From Naegleria gruberi (Eukaryota), in assembly GCA_000004985.1 (NCBI GenBank), contig GG738863.1: a DNA stretch of 64,000 nt. One strand, written 5' to 3'. Positions within the stretch are counted from its first letter, which is position 1. Each line of letters begins with the position of its first letter. Below are positions 62,642-64,000 of the stretch, piece after piece. The translations under genes and the position numbers were made by a program. A model generated the notes under the pieces. It searched no databases and was not told where the DNA came from. It worked only from the letters and a program-made list of their open reading frames with translations.

Positions 62642-63727
62642 TTACGATACTCTTTCAGAACTTTCTGTCATTTCAATATCTTGGACTCGTCTTTGTCTAT
62701 TGACTTTTTCACTTGGAATGTCAGCAGAGAAGATGTTGCTACTTTCAAAATCAGAAAGCATAAAACTGTTGATATACTTTGGGACTGATTGAGAGAGAAA
62801 ATTGTCCCTCATATCAACATCATTATCAGTGTCGTGTTTTGAGGAAAATTGACTATTAGTTGAGGAAAATTGGTAGGAGCTTTTCTTACTTGTCTTGCCT
62901 GGTGAGGAGAGAGGTCTCTTGTTATTTCCAACTGCTTGTGTAGTAGTTGATGATTGGAAAAAGGTAGAAGTGGAGGAAAGAAGTGGAGGAGGAGCTGTTG
63001 CACTGCTGTGGAATCTCTTTTGTCTATTAAGAATGGAAGTTGTCTTCTTTGGACCTAGAGAATACTTTGGACTGCAACTGTTGGTGGTATTAGAAGTGGT
63101 TGGAGGTGAGCTGGTATGTTGTTTGGAAGGTGAAACAAGGAGTGAGGATAAGTTATTTGAAGGGAAACACTCTGGAGAAAGTGAACGGGTAGTAGAAAGC
63201 AAGCTAGTTAGAGAAATGTCTGAGACTGTACTAGAAGTGGTGGAAGAGGTTGAGAGAGCATCATATGATCTGGCTCTTCTCTGTGAGAGGTACCTTTCTT
63301 TTCTTTCATTAAAAACTTCAGCCTTCAAACAGACACAAAACTTTGGAACGGAAACAGTTTCACATTGTTTGTGAGTTATGGTATGGTCAATTGAATTAGT
63401 CTTTTTGTTTTCAATTTCAATTTGAACTAAATCTTCACATTCATCTTCATCAAAATGGCCTAAACCAACAATTGTTCCGACCTTACCATGCAACATTGGA
63501 TCAAGTGTTTGTAATATTTCAAACTCTTCTGGAACAATGATAAGAACTAAATCATTTAAACGAAGTAAAAGTGAAGTGAGCTTGTGATGAACAAACTCAA
63601 TTCTCTGTTTGTTATCTTTGTCATCAGTGGTGGATGATGAATCATCTTCAATAGTACTGCCGTGTCTTGAATTACTACTAGAAGGCTTGTAATTAATAAG
63701 TCCTTTGAACTGTTTTGTAGGCTTCAT
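62642..63727 (-). CDS. Hypothetical S/T-rich protein (361 aa).
   Basis: Complete ORF. The N-terminal 120 aa look globular (LVLIIVPEEFEILQTLDPMLHGKVGTIVGLGHFDEDECEDLVQIEIEN). The rest is S/T/P-rich. The + strand ORFs 62895-63374 and 62586-62792 overlap it in antisense and are discounted. Confidence 0.4.
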   Translation of the reverse strand: MKPTKQFKGLINYKPSSSNSRHGSTIEDDSSSTTDDKDNKQRIEFVHHKLTSLLLRLNDLVLIIVPEEFEILQTLDPMLHGKVGTIVGLGHFDEDECEDLVQIEIENKKTNSIDHTITHKQCETVSVPKFCVCLKAEVFNERKERYLSQRRARSYDALSTSSTTSSTVSDISLTSLLSTTRSLSPECFPSNNLSSLLVSPSKQHTSSPPTTSNTTNSCSPKYSLGPKKTTSILNRQKRFHSSATAPPPLLSSTSTFFQSSTTTQAVGNNKRPLSSPGKTSKKSSYQFSSTNSQFSSKHDTDNDVDMRDNFLSQSVPKYINSFMLSDFESSNIFSADIPSEKVNRQRRVQDIEMTESSERVS

Positions 63728-64000
63728 GTCGATTGAGTAAAAAGTGAGTTGACTATTCAGTTAGATGTAATAGAGAGATTAGAGTGAACGCTGTTAATAA
63801 CTAGCAGGTTGTTGTTGTTGTATGGTTACTTGTTGTTGTAGTCAGCAAAGGCTTGATAAAAACGCAACACACGATAAGGCTTAAAGTGGACAGATCAAGG
63901 CTACTTTCCGCTAATGTTGTTGTATGAATGCTCAGAGCAGAAGTGAGGGAGCAGTGTGTTGTTTTTTTTTAAGAACAATCTTGAAAGAAATGTGTAGTGA

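Noticed and set aside
1-64000. CRISPR arrays, prokaryotic operons, rRNA genes, snRNA genes and intact transposons.
   Set aside because: No direct-repeat/spacer arrays, no rRNA-like segments, no long terminal or inverted repeats, and no reverse-transcriptase or transposase ORFs were seen. The only RNA gene I can support is tRNA-Val. Weak box C/D-like (TGATGA) and class-I-RNA-like (CCTTACA, CACAGCAA) matches in intergenic regions are too partial to call.

Overview
This is an AT-rich (about 35% GC) eukaryotic nuclear scaffold with five N-run assembly gaps. It is not prokaryotic: genes carry short spliceosomal introns (about 40-160 nt, GTAAGT...YAG), and many encoded proteins are N/Q/S-rich. I can place about 40 protein-coding genes plus one tRNA-Val(UAC). 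Spacing is extremely tight, with several convergent pairs whose stop codons lie 1-20 bp apart. Gene content includes a phospholipase-B-like (PLBD) protein, a SHAQKYF-class Myb, several F-box proteins, a DUF4116-type tandem-repeat protein, a cystinosin homologue and N-rich low-complexity proteins. Together with the codon bias (CAA/AGA/GGT/CCA) this points to an amoebozoan, most likely a dictyostelid social amoeba. That is inference; an early yeast hypothesis, based on a TACTAAC branch point in the QCR9 intron, was dropped. Genes recognised by sequence similarity recalled from memory include a synapsin C-domain homologue, a sorting nexin, a SOSS-B/NABP OB-fold protein, RPL29 and an ArfGAP with FG repeats. 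Further recognisable genes are GPI de-N-acetylase PIG-L, a fused pseudouridine glycosidase-kinase, a TALE homeobox protein, exportin Cse1/CAS, CARKD, a Siw14-like phosphatase, QCR9 and PDI with KDEL. The remainder are a Stm1/SERBP1-like protein, U1-C, an ATRX/ARIP4-like SNF2 ATPase, aspartyl aminopeptidase and dynactin p25. The items most worth a second look are: the synapsin-like ATP-grasp gene, unexpected outside Metazoa/Holozoa; a minimal intronless ATP-dependent RNA-ligase-like gene beside the tRNA; a duplicated segment flanking that tRNA; a Cid1/OAS-like nucleotidyltransferase-fold protein with a large uncharacterised C-terminal region; and a 1.45 kb ORF-free, GC-enriched region in an otherwise saturated locus. 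All multi-exon coordinates are approximate (about +/-3 nt at splice junctions), because the exon models were assembled by eye from the ORF track and the raw sequence.
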